DNA of 53,960 nucleotides from a virus (Duplodnaviria; Caudoviricetes): IMG/VR virus record IMGVR_UViG_3300032214_001699, positions 1 to 53,960 of that record; one strand, 5' to 3'. Shown piece by piece: positions 46,102 to 53,960 of this stretch (position 1 is its first letter; each line of letters starts with the position of its first letter). The notes under the pieces were generated by a model. It saw only the letters and a program-made list of their open reading frames with translations, ran no database searches and was not told where the DNA came from. The position numbers and the translations under genes were made by a program.

Positions 46102-46271
46102 TCCTCTTCTGTATCAGAGGTTTCTTTTCTACTCTTGACAAAATCCTCTGACAGGATTTCGACGGAAAGGTTCTCGTTTGTTGAGATCCAGGAAATATCG
46201 TCTTTTGTCAGATTGTAGTGATAGTCGGTTCTCTTTGATTCTTTATTAAAGACTCTTATATTAAATGTCAT
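46098..46271 (-). CDS. Small hypothetical protein (57 aa; not in the ORF track)
   Basis: Hand-translated MTFNIRVFNKESKRTDYHYNLTKDDISWISTNENLSVEILSEDFVKSRKETSDTEEE*; exactly fills the gap, with a GGAG RBS and GTGA overlap with the next gene. Confidence 0.7.
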   Translation of the reverse strand: MTFNIRVFNKESKRTDYHYNLTKDDISWISTNENLSVEILSEDFVKSRKETSDTEEE

Positions 46272-46273
46272 GC

Positions 46274-46996
46274 TTACTCCAATTCATTCATTCTTTTGTT
46301 AAAGAAATATTTTATTAACGAATCTTCAATATTTCTATTTGCCAGAAGCAAGGGCAAATTCTTTCTATCTATTTTTCTTACAATGTCTTCGAATACATAT
46401 TTCGACTTCTCTAAAACTAGACTCTCAAGTCTCTCATCACCAGATGGGATGATTTCCGTTGCTCTTTTTCTAATTCCAGCAACAGGATCTTCAAGCATTT
46501 TACTCAAATTCTGAAGAAAGCCGAGCTTTTGAAATGCGACCAATCTTACATCAGGATCTTTATCTGAGATTGCCTTCTTTGCAACTGAGTGGTCTGATAT
46601 TAAAATAAGCTCAATCTTTGCTTTTTTATCAAAGGATTCATACAGATCTTGTATTTTTACATCAGAGTTATAATATCCGTATCTAACGATTATAGCCTTT
46701 ATCTTATCCAGCTCCTTAGAGCTCAATGTCAATATTTTGTTAGCTATATACGATCTATCTGATATAGATATGTTGTGAATTATAATATCACTTATCAATC
46801 CTTCTGAGATTGGAAGGGCAATTAATTTTTTGAAATCTTTAAATCCAACTTTTGATAATGTCAGTATCTCGTCTTCCGAGAGGAGGACTCTGGAAGCATA
46901 CAAGCTTTTCTTTTCTGTTAGATGTCTCTTTAGCTTTTTCGTTAATATTTCTAAACTGTCTTCTTCACCCTTCTGATGGTCTTGACTCATTATCAT
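46274..46996 (-). CDS. Hypothetical protein with HEAT-like repeats
   Basis: ISDKDPDVRLVAFQKL, LEDPVAGIRKRATEII, LVLEKSKYVFEDIVRKI. Confidence 0.65.
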   Translation of the reverse strand: MIMSQDHQKGEEDSLEILTKKLKRHLTEKKSLYASRVLLSEDEILTLSKVGFKDFKKLIALPISEGLISDIIIHNISISDRSYIANKILTLSSKELDKIKAIIVRYGYYNSDVKIQDLYESFDKKAKIELILISDHSVAKKAISDKDPDVRLVAFQKLGFLQNLSKMLEDPVAGIRKRATEIIPSGDERLESLVLEKSKYVFEDIVRKIDRKNLPLLLANRNIEDSLIKYFFNKRMNELE

Positions 46997-47822
46997 TTCC
47001 CTGTGAGAAATACTCTCTACTTATCTTCATTCCTGCTGCATTTTTGTGCCCGCCGCCGCCATAGGTGGCTGCAATTAATGATACGTCAGGGCCGCCCTCT
47101 TTTTTAGATCGTAGAGAAAAAATAAAATCTTCGCCATTAAAATAATAGCATGACGAAATAAGCTCTTCTTTTTCCTCCATTAATTTGTCGCAAATTTGAG
47201 ATTGATAAATTGGCGAATTGCAAGACCAAAGCTCTATATCGCCAAGTTTTATTTTATGCTTTTTATGCATAATCTCTGTTATCTTTTTATCTCGATATCT
47301 CAGCAGGGCGGATCCCTCATTCAGAAGGCCTGAGAATCCAAGTGAATCTTCTAGTCTCTTCTGGATTTCATCCCAATGTCTTAGAGAGTAATCATAACTG
47401 TCTATTACAGCAACGATCTCTTTTGCAAATGGCATCTGCCACTTCCAAAGATCTTGGTCCTCTATGTACTGAAGGAGGAGTGGGACAGTTGAGTTTATTC
47501 CGTTGCAGTAATACCACGATAAAACCGCTCCGCAATGAGACATATCTATATGACAAAAATCAAGATCTTTAAGCTCCCTTTCCGCCGAAAGATGATGATC
47601 TATTAGCGTTACGGTTTTTGCGGCGGCCTTTATTTCCAAAAGCTTATCTCGCTTGAATGAAAAATCGGCAATCCAAACGTCCTTATCTGTAAGGTTTGGC
47701 GGCTCCTCTCCATGAGACATTGGAATATATTCCATTTCGTCTCCATATTTTTTCTCGAAGACCCACCTAGAGCCATATCCGTCAGGGCATCCCTTATGAT
47801 ATATAAGAACTTTATCTCTCAT
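46965..47822 (-). CDS. DHH/DHHA1 phosphoesterase (nanoRNase-like)
   Basis: YHKGCPDG, IADFS, IDHH, DQDLWKW, FSLRS, DVSLIA..YGGGGHKNAAG. Confidence 0.92.
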   Translation of the reverse strand: MRDKVLIYHKGCPDGYGSRWVFEKKYGDEMEYIPMSHGEEPPNLTDKDVWIADFSFKRDKLLEIKAAAKTVTLIDHHLSAERELKDLDFCHIDMSHCGAVLSWYYCNGINSTVPLLLQYIEDQDLWKWQMPFAKEIVAVIDSYDYSLRHWDEIQKRLEDSLGFSGLLNEGSALLRYRDKKITEIMHKKHKIKLGDIELWSCNSPIYQSQICDKLMEEKEELISSCYYFNGEDFIFSLRSKKEGGPDVSLIAATYGGGGHKNAAGMKISREYFSQGNDNESRPSEG

Positions 47823-47830
47823 TACAAGCC

Positions 47831-48865
47831 TCAGAGAGTTAGACCTTCAACTAAATTCATGTTTGAAGAAAAATAAATCTTCTCTACTTCTGGACAGAAG
47901 GTGTGAATTCTATCCTGTATAAAAGATTTCATCTCATCCAGAGAATTAAATGAAAGTAACTCTTTATGATAAAATAATTTAAAAACTTTAACATCATCAA
48001 GCACATCACATTTAGATATAATTAGATGATTTCCTCCCGCCGCATTTAAGGCAAATATCATTCTATCTACATCCAGATAATTTACCTTTCGCCTTCTGCC
48101 TGTTGTTGTTCCGAATTCATTTCCAGAAACACAAATTGCAGCCAGTTCTGGATTTTCAAAAAGAGACTCTGGAAATAAGGGGTCTTCTCCGGACCTTGTG
48201 TCATATATTTTGGATACCGCAAAAATATTCCTAATTTTCTTCGGTGAGAAACCAAGACTGCAGGATGCATATGGAAGAGTCTCTGATGATGTTACATAAG
48301 GATAGTTTCCCCAGTTAATGTCGAGATAAAATCCCTGTGCTCCCTCACAGAGGATGTTTCCGTGAAGCTTCCCGTTGAAAAGGTATTTTCCCCACTGTGG
48401 GGCCTGCTCAACTATATCTTTAAACTGAATTCCTGTCCTGGCGTATTTATCTGCATATGCTGGAGCGATACCCTTTGATGTTGTACCAAGCCTTTTTGCC
48501 AAATTATTCTTATCGTACTCCATATGTGCTCTAGTCACAATATGTGTACTTCCATAAATTTTAACCAGAGAGTCATCAAACCCATTCGATCTGAGATATT
48601 CCATTTCTTCCGCAAGAAGGTCCAAATTTAATACGCATCCTGGCCCTATTAGAGATGTCGTTCCATGGAACACTCCTGCGGGAACCATGTGGGTTTTGTA
48701 CTTCTTGCCTGCGACATAAACCGTATGCCCAGCGTTTTGACCACCACCCCATCTAGTTACAAAGTCATAATCTCCTATCTCTGATAAGTAGCTTGAAACC
48801 TTACCTTTGCCACAGTCGCCATAAGATGCGTCATATATCACATCTGCAAAATTTATAACGCTCAT
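47831..48865 (-). CDS. purA: Adenylosuccinate synthetase (short form)
   Basis: Likely start MSVINF at 48865; YGDCGKGK, GGGQNAGHT, GTTSKGIAPAYADK, EGAQG..LDI.WGNYPYVTSS, EFGTTTGRRR, SKCDVL. Confidence 0.92.
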   Translation of the reverse strand: MSVINFADVIYDASYGDCGKGKVSSYLSEIGDYDFVTRWGGGQNAGHTVYVAGKKYKTHMVPAGVFHGTTSLIGPGCVLNLDLLAEEMEYLRSNGFDDSLVKIYGSTHIVTRAHMEYDKNNLAKRLGTTSKGIAPAYADKYARTGIQFKDIVEQAPQWGKYLFNGKLHGNILCEGAQGFYLDINWGNYPYVTSSETLPYASCSLGFSPKKIRNIFAVSKIYDTRSGEDPLFPESLFENPELAAICVSGNEFGTTTGRRRKVNYLDVDRMIFALNAAGGNHLIISKCDVLDDVKVFKLFYHKELLSFNSLDEMKSFIQDRIHTFCPEVEKIYFSSNMNLVEGLTL

Positions 48866-48982
48866 AAAAATCCCCCAGCTCTTAAGGAAGTTGATGATAA
48901 AAATCAATACGTCCTTCATTATACCTGTGGATTTTATTCAAACAAGACCATTTATTAATTAGGGAGAAATATAATTTTGTGG

Positions 48983-49417
48983 CTACAAAGCTCTCAATCT
49001 TTTTGCAGCCTCAATCATATCTTCCGCATTCAATTTTAAGAACCCGTTATTTTTTAACCATACATCAAAAGATTTCTTTGAGGTGTCATACCCAATAACT
49101 CTACCCGCCATAGAAGCCCTATTCCACTCATAATGAATGGATGATATTGGGCCAACCATAGGAAGTCCTTCTCTCATCATCTTTAGATCGAATACCTTCC
49201 AATCTAAAGAATCTGGATCATCATAATTGAAGCCGACTTCACTCTTTGTTTTATATGAAAGATTCTTTTCAGGTTGGGCATTTTGATTTCCATAGCTTGG
49301 ATTTTCAATCGCTCCAAAAAAAGTAATTGAATCCTTCAGATCTGAGTCTGAAAGTGAGGTTTGGTTTGGAACATCCGGCCTTAGGATGCTATTTAATCCA
49401 GTTCCTAATTTTTTCAT
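48983..49417 (-). CDS. Hypothetical protein
   Basis: 144-aa ORF, ATGA overlap. Confidence 0.7.
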   Translation of the reverse strand: MKKLGTGLNSILRPDVPNQTSLSDSDLKDSITFFGAIENPSYGNQNAQPEKNLSYKTKSEVGFNYDDPDSLDWKVFDLKMMREGLPMVGPISSIHYEWNRASMAGRVIGYDTSKKSFDVWLKNNGFLKLNAEDMIEAAKRLRAL

Positions 49418-49614
49418 CTAGAGAATATTTTAGAAAGATCTTTCTTCATCTCTTCTATATCTTTTACGGAAGATATCTTCTTGACCTCTGGCTCTTTATC
49501 CTCTACTGGAAGTCTAGAAATAATTCTATATACATCTTTTGTAAAATCAACCTCACCAATAGAAAAAAGATCTGATGCCAACTTTTCTAGGCCATCTTTT
49601 ATATTATTTTTCAT
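49414..49614 (-). CDS. Hypothetical protein (K-x-A motif)
   Basis: 66-aa ORF with LEKLASDL; overlaps both neighbours. Confidence 0.65.
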   Translation of the reverse strand: MKNNIKDGLEKLASDLFSIGEVDFTKDVYRIISRLPVEDKEPEVKKISSVKDIEEMKKDLSKIFSR

Positions 49615-50384
49615 TTTACTCTTTCTCCTTTGAATGTTTCTCTAAGTACGTTAGGCGTCATCTTTCTACTTCCGCGTTCAACTTTCTTGCTAAGCCATGT
49701 ATCTTGAATTGAAATAATATCAACTGTTGAATCTTTGATTACAGAAAGAAAATGAATGTTTGAAAGTCCGGCACCTCTCACCTCAACCAAGCTTTGATCT
49801 TTGTGAGATCTGAAATATGTCTTCACTTTGTCAGCATTTTTCATGTATAGCTCACCAATAAAAGCAGAAACTTGCTCTGGAGAAGCTTGGCCAAGCATTG
49901 TATATTGATCAATATACTTATATGGATAAGCTTTCATCATACCTTTTCTTGCAGTAACAGTAGTTCTGACCGGCTTTCCATAAGAAGTATATCCAGTATC
50001 TACGTAGGTGCTTTCAAGTCTTTTTTGTGGACCCTGCTTAAATGACGTGATAATATTTATTACCTTTACTATATAGGAATCTTCTCCATAAAAAGATAAA
50101 TAATAAGCTCCAATATCAGGCGCTTTTCTAATCTCTCCCCAAATCGTTTTAGAGGGATCATTTTTGCTTTTTGTTTTTATTCTTTTTATAATAGAAGACT
50201 TTGAAAATGAATTTGCTATAATTTTGTTTAATTCACTGTTTCTTGTCTTATCGAATGACTCACCGCCTATACTTACATTGTCTCTAAAATATTTTCTTGC
50301 CGAAGTAGATACATGTATTGGCATTCCGGAGCCTGAGGTATCCGTGATTCCAGATGCTTCCAATGCTGATTTTTTTCGAATCAT
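49611..50384 (-). CDS. Hypothetical basic protein
   Basis: Likely start MIRKKSALE at 50384, just after a hairpin; the longer ORF would cross the terminator. Confidence 0.7.
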   Translation of the reverse strand: MIRKKSALEASGITDTSGSGMPIHVSTSARKYFRDNVSIGGESFDKTRNSELNKIIANSFSKSSIIKRIKTKSKNDPSKTIWGEIRKAPDIGAYYLSFYGEDSYIVKVINIITSFKQGPQKRLESTYVDTGYTSYGKPVRTTVTARKGMMKAYPYKYIDQYTMLGQASPEQVSAFIGELYMKNADKVKTYFRSHKDQSLVEVRGAGLSNIHFLSVIKDSTVDIISIQDTWLSKKVERGSRKMTPNVLRETFKGERVK

Positions 50385-50420
50385 AAAAAAAATAAAGCCC
50401 CAACTTTGTGGGGCTTTATT
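50385..50420 (-). terminator. Rho-independent terminator
   Basis: 12-bp stem AATAAAGCCCCA/TGGGGCTTTATT followed by a T-tract on the minus strand. Confidence 0.8.
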
Positions 50421-50440
50421 AGTATTTTTTTCTTTTAATT

Positions 50441-50710
50441 TTATTCTTCGTCTTCTTCTGCTAGATAAGCACAAGTAAGAAGGAAATCTTCTTCCGTCTT
50501 AAGACTCAAAGATTTTGGCGCCTTCTTGTATCCGATCTTTACCATCTTTACTTCTTCATTTTGCAGGTGATTTGAAATCAAAGACTTTTGAATGCCATGA
50601 ATTGCGCCATCCATTGAGATGGTAAGAGATGAAATAAGAGATTCGGAAGGCTCAAAGCCAAGATGGTTCTTGTGAAGTGGCTTTGAAAAATAGACGATTT
50701 CGCCAGACAT
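50441..50710 (-). CDS. Hypothetical protein
   Basis: 89-aa ORF abutting the upstream stop codon. Confidence 0.65.
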   Translation of the reverse strand: MSGEIVYFSKPLHKNHLGFEPSESLISSLTISMDGAIHGIQKSLISNHLQNEEVKMVKIGYKKAPKSLSLKTEEDFLLTCAYLAEEDEE

Positions 50711-51616
50711 TTATTTGTTCTCCGAATTTTGCATCATTCGATTGGCAACAATTTCTCTCGCCCTAGAATGAATCGTGCCTGCCATAAATGGAAGATATTT
50801 GAAATCCAAGTGATCTGCAAGATGCTTAGCGATTACCGAGTGATTTGTATCTACGATTTGAGGTAGGATCTCTGTAAATCCTGGCTTGTTCTTTTGGGTT
50901 GAGATTATAAGGGAGATTGCCTGAAGAGATGTATTTTCACTCTGATCGGAGCGAATCTTTCGTGCAATTTTTTTAGTCAACAATCCACAGTTGATAGCTT
51001 CATTGTAAAAGGCCAATCGACCTGCGGCACAAAAATTCTTGCTAAAATTTGTATCTTCAATAACACTAACTACTTGCTCTCCAACCTTTTCGCAAGAAAA
51101 GCGAAGGATGACTGATTCAATTTCTCCAAAGTATTCGATTTTCTTATCCTTAAACCTTCCGTCAAAGACGAGACTCCAGTTCAAATTAGAATCTTTTCGG
51201 GTCGAACAAAGAATTGCGTTGTATTCTTGTGCTGACAGCCGCCCCCTACTATTCCACCTTCCGGTAGTACAGCGGTAAGGATCGTTTAGAACGCCCCCCG
51301 CAACACTAAAACAATCTTGATAAAATCGGTCCCAATCTTGAGAGGTATGATCTTCAAGAAGATTTTGGTTGTAACAGTATTCTAGATAGCTCTTTGAGAA
51401 TACTGAAAAATGAGACTTTGAAACATACGAATCGATTATACCAGACTTGTGAATTCTGTGCCTAACCTCATTCAAACCATCACTTGAAAAGCAGGTCTTG
51501 ATATCTTCTTCACTTACATTTCCGCAAAAAATTTTGTGAATCATTTGCGAGATCATGGACTCCAGACTAATTGAGTTTTCAAAGCTCGAACTCAAAGCAG
51601 CTTTTAGATCAAGCAT
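50711..51616 (-). CDS. Hypothetical helical protein
   Basis: Likely start MLDLKAA at 51616; no family recognised. Confidence 0.7.
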   Translation of the reverse strand: MLDLKAALSSSFENSISLESMISQMIHKIFCGNVSEEDIKTCFSSDGLNEVRHRIHKSGIIDSYVSKSHFSVFSKSYLEYCYNQNLLEDHTSQDWDRFYQDCFSVAGGVLNDPYRCTTGRWNSRGRLSAQEYNAILCSTRKDSNLNWSLVFDGRFKDKKIEYFGEIESVILRFSCEKVGEQVVSVIEDTNFSKNFCAAGRLAFYNEAINCGLLTKKIARKIRSDQSENTSLQAISLIISTQKNKPGFTEILPQIVDTNHSVIAKHLADHLDFKYLPFMAGTIHSRAREIVANRMMQNSENK

Positions 51617-51833
51617 TTTGAGAAATCCAGTCCATAAGTTCCTTCTCATGATTCTTAATGATGAGAAGCTTTGTTTGATCAGAAGACTTTTCCCAAAATG
51701 GGTGAAGATCCGAAAGAGGTAGCTTACAAAACTCTAGAATGATTTGCTCTGGAGGATTGCCAGAATAGCGATTTTGATTCTGAGTATTAATCGCGAAAAT
51801 AATCAAATCATTGAAAATCTGCTGCCTTGTCAT
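51609..51833 (-). CDS. Hypothetical protein
   Basis: 74-aa ORF downstream of a sigma70-type promoter; AGGGGG RBS. Confidence 0.65.
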   Translation of the reverse strand: MTRQQIFNDLIIFAINTQNQNRYSGNPPEQIILEFCKLPLSDLHPFWEKSSDQTKLLIIKNHEKELMDWISQNA

Positions 51834-51902
51834 AAAAAACCCCCTGGGAGATTGTCTTGCTGCGCTTCGAATTGCGCTAAAACAAGATAACCACCCAGGG
51901 GG
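51834..51902 (-). terminator. Long interrupted hairpin with T-tract after groEL #2
   Basis: CCCCCTGGG..GTTATCTTG..GCGC / GCGC..CAAGACAAT..CCCAGGGGG, then TTTTTT. Confidence 0.6.
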
Positions 51903-51912
51903 CCAGCGTCAA
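51884..51912 (-). promoter_or_regulatory. Sigma70-type (early) promoter
   Basis: TTGACG-N17(CTGGCCCCCTGGGTGGT)-TATCTT; shares its spacer motif with the two promoters at 43.3-43.4 kb. Confidence 0.75.
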
Positions 51913-51919
51913 GGATTTC

Positions 51920-53542
51920 CTATTTTTTTATTTGTTCAAGTTCAGTCATATCTTCAAATATACAAACTTCCGTTGTAAGTAATGTACCTACCGCAGAAAC
52001 AGCGTGCTGAACTCCCATCTTAACTACCTTAACAGGATCTATAATCCCTCGATCCATCATATCTGGAATAAACTCGCCTCTAAGGGCATCAAAGCCGCAA
52101 AATCCTCCGGACTCCCTAATCTTCTGCTGAGCTTCGAAGTGCTCGAACCCAGCATTACTCATAATTTGCCTGAACGGCTCTTTTAAAGCATCCCTTAGAA
52201 TCCTCAGTCCCGCCAACTCTTCTGGTAAAAATTTCTTCACCTCGTCTGAAGAAATAAAAGAACTTAGCGAATCTGAGGCCTGAATTAGGGCCGAACCGCC
52301 GCCAGGAACAATTCCCATTTCAATAGCTGCACGAACGGCATTTAGAGCGTCTTCCACTCTATCTTTGCGCTCTCTCATCTCGCTCTCTGTTGCGCCGCCA
52401 ACCCTGAAGATTGCCGCTCCTCCGGAAAGTTTTGATATTCGTTCTTTTACAGATGATGCCTGAACATCAAAAAGCTCTCTTGACCCAAGCTGTTCTTTTA
52501 GCGCCGAGATTCTCGACTGAATAGAGCTCCTACTTCCCGCACCATCGATAATGGTTGTGCTGTTTCTGCTGACAACAATTCGTCGGGCTCTACCCAAATC
52601 TTCTATTTCAACATTCTTTAGTGCCTGACCGGATTGATTGTCAAAGACCCTTCCTCCAAGGAGGATTGCGAGATCCTCAAGCATATCTCTCCTGGTATCA
52701 CCAAAGCCTGGGGCCTTTATTGCGCAGCAGATTAGGCCAGCTTTTTGACGGTTCAGAACGAGAGTTGCCAGCGCCTCGCCATCGATATCTCTTGCTATGA
52801 TTAGGAATGGTCTACCGACACCATGAACCTTTTGGATTATGGATAGAAAGTCTTGTGATGAAGATATCTTATCGTCGTAAAGAATAACGAAAGGATTCTC
52901 CAATTCACAATTCATTTTTTCAAGATTCAAAACAAATGCAGGAGATACGAAACCTCTAGCAAGCTGAATCCCTTCTGTGTAGGTAACCTGAGTTAGGCCT
53001 CCTGTTGAGTCCTCCACAGAAATTACTCCGTCCTCACCAACGGTGGATACGACTTCGCCAACAAGTGCGCCCAACTCCGAATCATTATTCGTTGATATTG
53101 TCGCAATACTCTTGAGGGAGTCTTCATCATTTACTGGTCTTGCGAGTTGGTCAAGGAATGAGATTACTCTACTAAGACCAATATCCATACCTCTCTTAAG
53201 AAGTACGGGGTTATGGCCAGCCGCAATCATCTTTATACCTTCATTAAAGATCGATTGAGCGAGAACTGTAGCTGTAGTTGTACCATCACCAGCAGCAGTG
53301 TTTGTTGCGGAGGCAACCGTCTTTATTAGCTGGGCACCCATATCCTTTACGGGATCTCTTAAATTTATAGATTTCGCAACCGTAACGCCATCCTTTGTGA
53401 TTAGCGGTGGTCCATACTCCCTTTCTATTGCCGCATGACGACCTCTTGGACCAAGAGTTGCTTTAACTGCATTAGCCAAAACATTTACGCCGACCTGAAT
53501 TTCAGATCTGGCATCAGCACCAAACTTGACTTCTTTAAACAT
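51920..53542 (-). CDS. groEL: Chaperonin GroEL-like #2
   Basis: Likely start MFKEVKFG at 53542; TLGPRGR, ITKDGVTVAKSI, GDGTTTATVLA, KAPGFGD, KDRVEDALNA, GIVPGGG, GIIDPVKV; no GGM tail. Confidence 0.96.
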   Translation of the reverse strand: MFKEVKFGADARSEIQVGVNVLANAVKATLGPRGRHAAIEREYGPPLITKDGVTVAKSINLRDPVKDMGAQLIKTVASATNTAAGDGTTTATVLAQSIFNEGIKMIAAGHNPVLLKRGMDIGLSRVISFLDQLARPVNDEDSLKSIATISTNNDSELGALVGEVVSTVGEDGVISVEDSTGGLTQVTYTEGIQLARGFVSPAFVLNLEKMNCELENPFVILYDDKISSSQDFLSIIQKVHGVGRPFLIIARDIDGEALATLVLNRQKAGLICCAIKAPGFGDTRRDMLEDLAILLGGRVFDNQSGQALKNVEIEDLGRARRIVVSRNSTTIIDGAGSRSSIQSRISALKEQLGSRELFDVQASSVKERISKLSGGAAIFRVGGATESEMRERKDRVEDALNAVRAAIEMGIVPGGGSALIQASDSLSSFISSDEVKKFLPEELAGLRILRDALKEPFRQIMSNAGFEHFEAQQKIRESGGFCGFDALRGEFIPDMMDRGIIDPVKVVKMGVQHAVSAVGTLLTTEVCIFEDMTELEQIKK

Positions 53543-53960
53543 TCTCTTCACTCTCCGTGTTTTCAATAAATATGTTACTATAAGATTTTTTTATTTTTTG
53601 ATACAAAGAGGGATTGTTTATTAGGGCCTGAGACAGCGGATCCGTTCCGGCAAATGGATCTGCAACTACGAAGTTTTCACCCGATGCCTGTAGCAAAATA
53701 TCTTCCCATATCTCCTTCGGCTTTGCAGACAGGTGGGTTCCGGTTGGTTTTCGATAAGAAAAGAGATTGCCCTTTTTTACAACAAACTTTGAGGGCTTTC
53801 CCTTTGATACATAAATTATGTATTCCACTTGGTTTCGCCAGTGATATCCCATGCCTATCGATTTCTTATCCCAAACAAGGATGTTCCTAAAAGTCCATCC
53901 CGACTTTTCCAAGCCATCCTTCGTGAAGAAAAGACCGTCTCGATTACAGAAGACATAAGC
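53535..53960 (-). CDS. DNA methyltransferase (N4/N6, beta-class-like), 5' part outside the window
   Basis: Frame open to the right edge; FRNILVWDK..IGMGYHWRNQVEYIIY..KG, H.SAKP, motif I-like VADPFAGT. Confidence 0.75.
   Translation of the reverse strand, partial: AYVFCNRDGLFFTKDGLEKSGWTFRNILVWDKKSIGMGYHWRNQVEYIIYVSKGKPSKFVVKKGNLFSYRKPTGTHLSAKPKEIWEDILLQASGENFVVADPFAGTDPLSQALINNPSLYQKIKKSYSNIFIENTESEENV

Noticed and set aside
47831-48865. PurZ (2-aminoadenine, Z-genome) instead of PurA
   Set aside because: The short length is PurZ-like, but the catalytic Asp is retained (GDCGKG; PurZ has Ser, GSTGKG) and the aspartate-binding loop is PurA-type (GTTTGRRR). No dATPase/MazZ-like neighbour was recognised.
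1257-53890. The many + strand ORFs and short nested - strand ORFs in the track
   Set aside because: They lie antisense to or inside well-supported minus-strand genes and show no motifs; treated as shadow ORFs.
1-53960. Bacterial chromosome origin (groEL, dnaE, recA, purA, guaB, glnII)
   Set aside because: Terminase, gp32-like SSB, fibre-like genes, a high share of unknown ORFs, four inteins, single-strand orientation and the lack of normal bacterial operon context (no groES, no guaA) all point to a large phage.
1-53960. Alternative genetic code (stop-codon reassignment) as in some large phages
   Set aside because: Conserved genes are full length under the standard code, and TAA, TAG and TGA all occur as stops at tight gene junctions.

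Overview
This window is a gene-dense fragment of a large (jumbo-type) dsDNA bacteriophage. It is AT-rich, uses the standard code, and essentially every real gene lies on the minus strand; the + strand ORFs are shadows. Reading in transcription direction (right to left), the right part holds a DNA methyltransferase, GroEL #2, PurA, a DHH phosphoesterase, an intein-containing GuaB and a MoxR-type AAA+/vWA-peptidase pair. Next come an M16 peptidase, ThyX, Hsp20, KhpA, HU and three tail-fibre-like genes. A replication/recombination block follows: FtsK-like ATPase, stand-alone primase Zn finger, SbcCD, Cas4/RecB-like nuclease, sigma factor, DnaE with an intein, GlnII, UvsY-like protein, SSB, RuvC-like resolvase, GroEL #1, RecA and the DnaG core. 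The left end is a cluster of unknown, probably virion proteins rich in a K-x-A motif, a CCA-adding-family enzyme, and an intein-containing terminase large subunit. The highlight is a fractured recA: its two halves carry an atypically split intein (15-aa IntN, 125-aa IntC, Thr+1) on either side of a free-standing Vsr-like endonuclease whose RBS is hidden in a hairpin. Other notable items are a contiguous relative of the IMPDH-1 split intein, a primase split into two genes 20 kb apart, two divergent GroELs with no GroES in view, and promoters embedded in terminator hairpins. All assignments come from motif recognition by eye; no searches were run.
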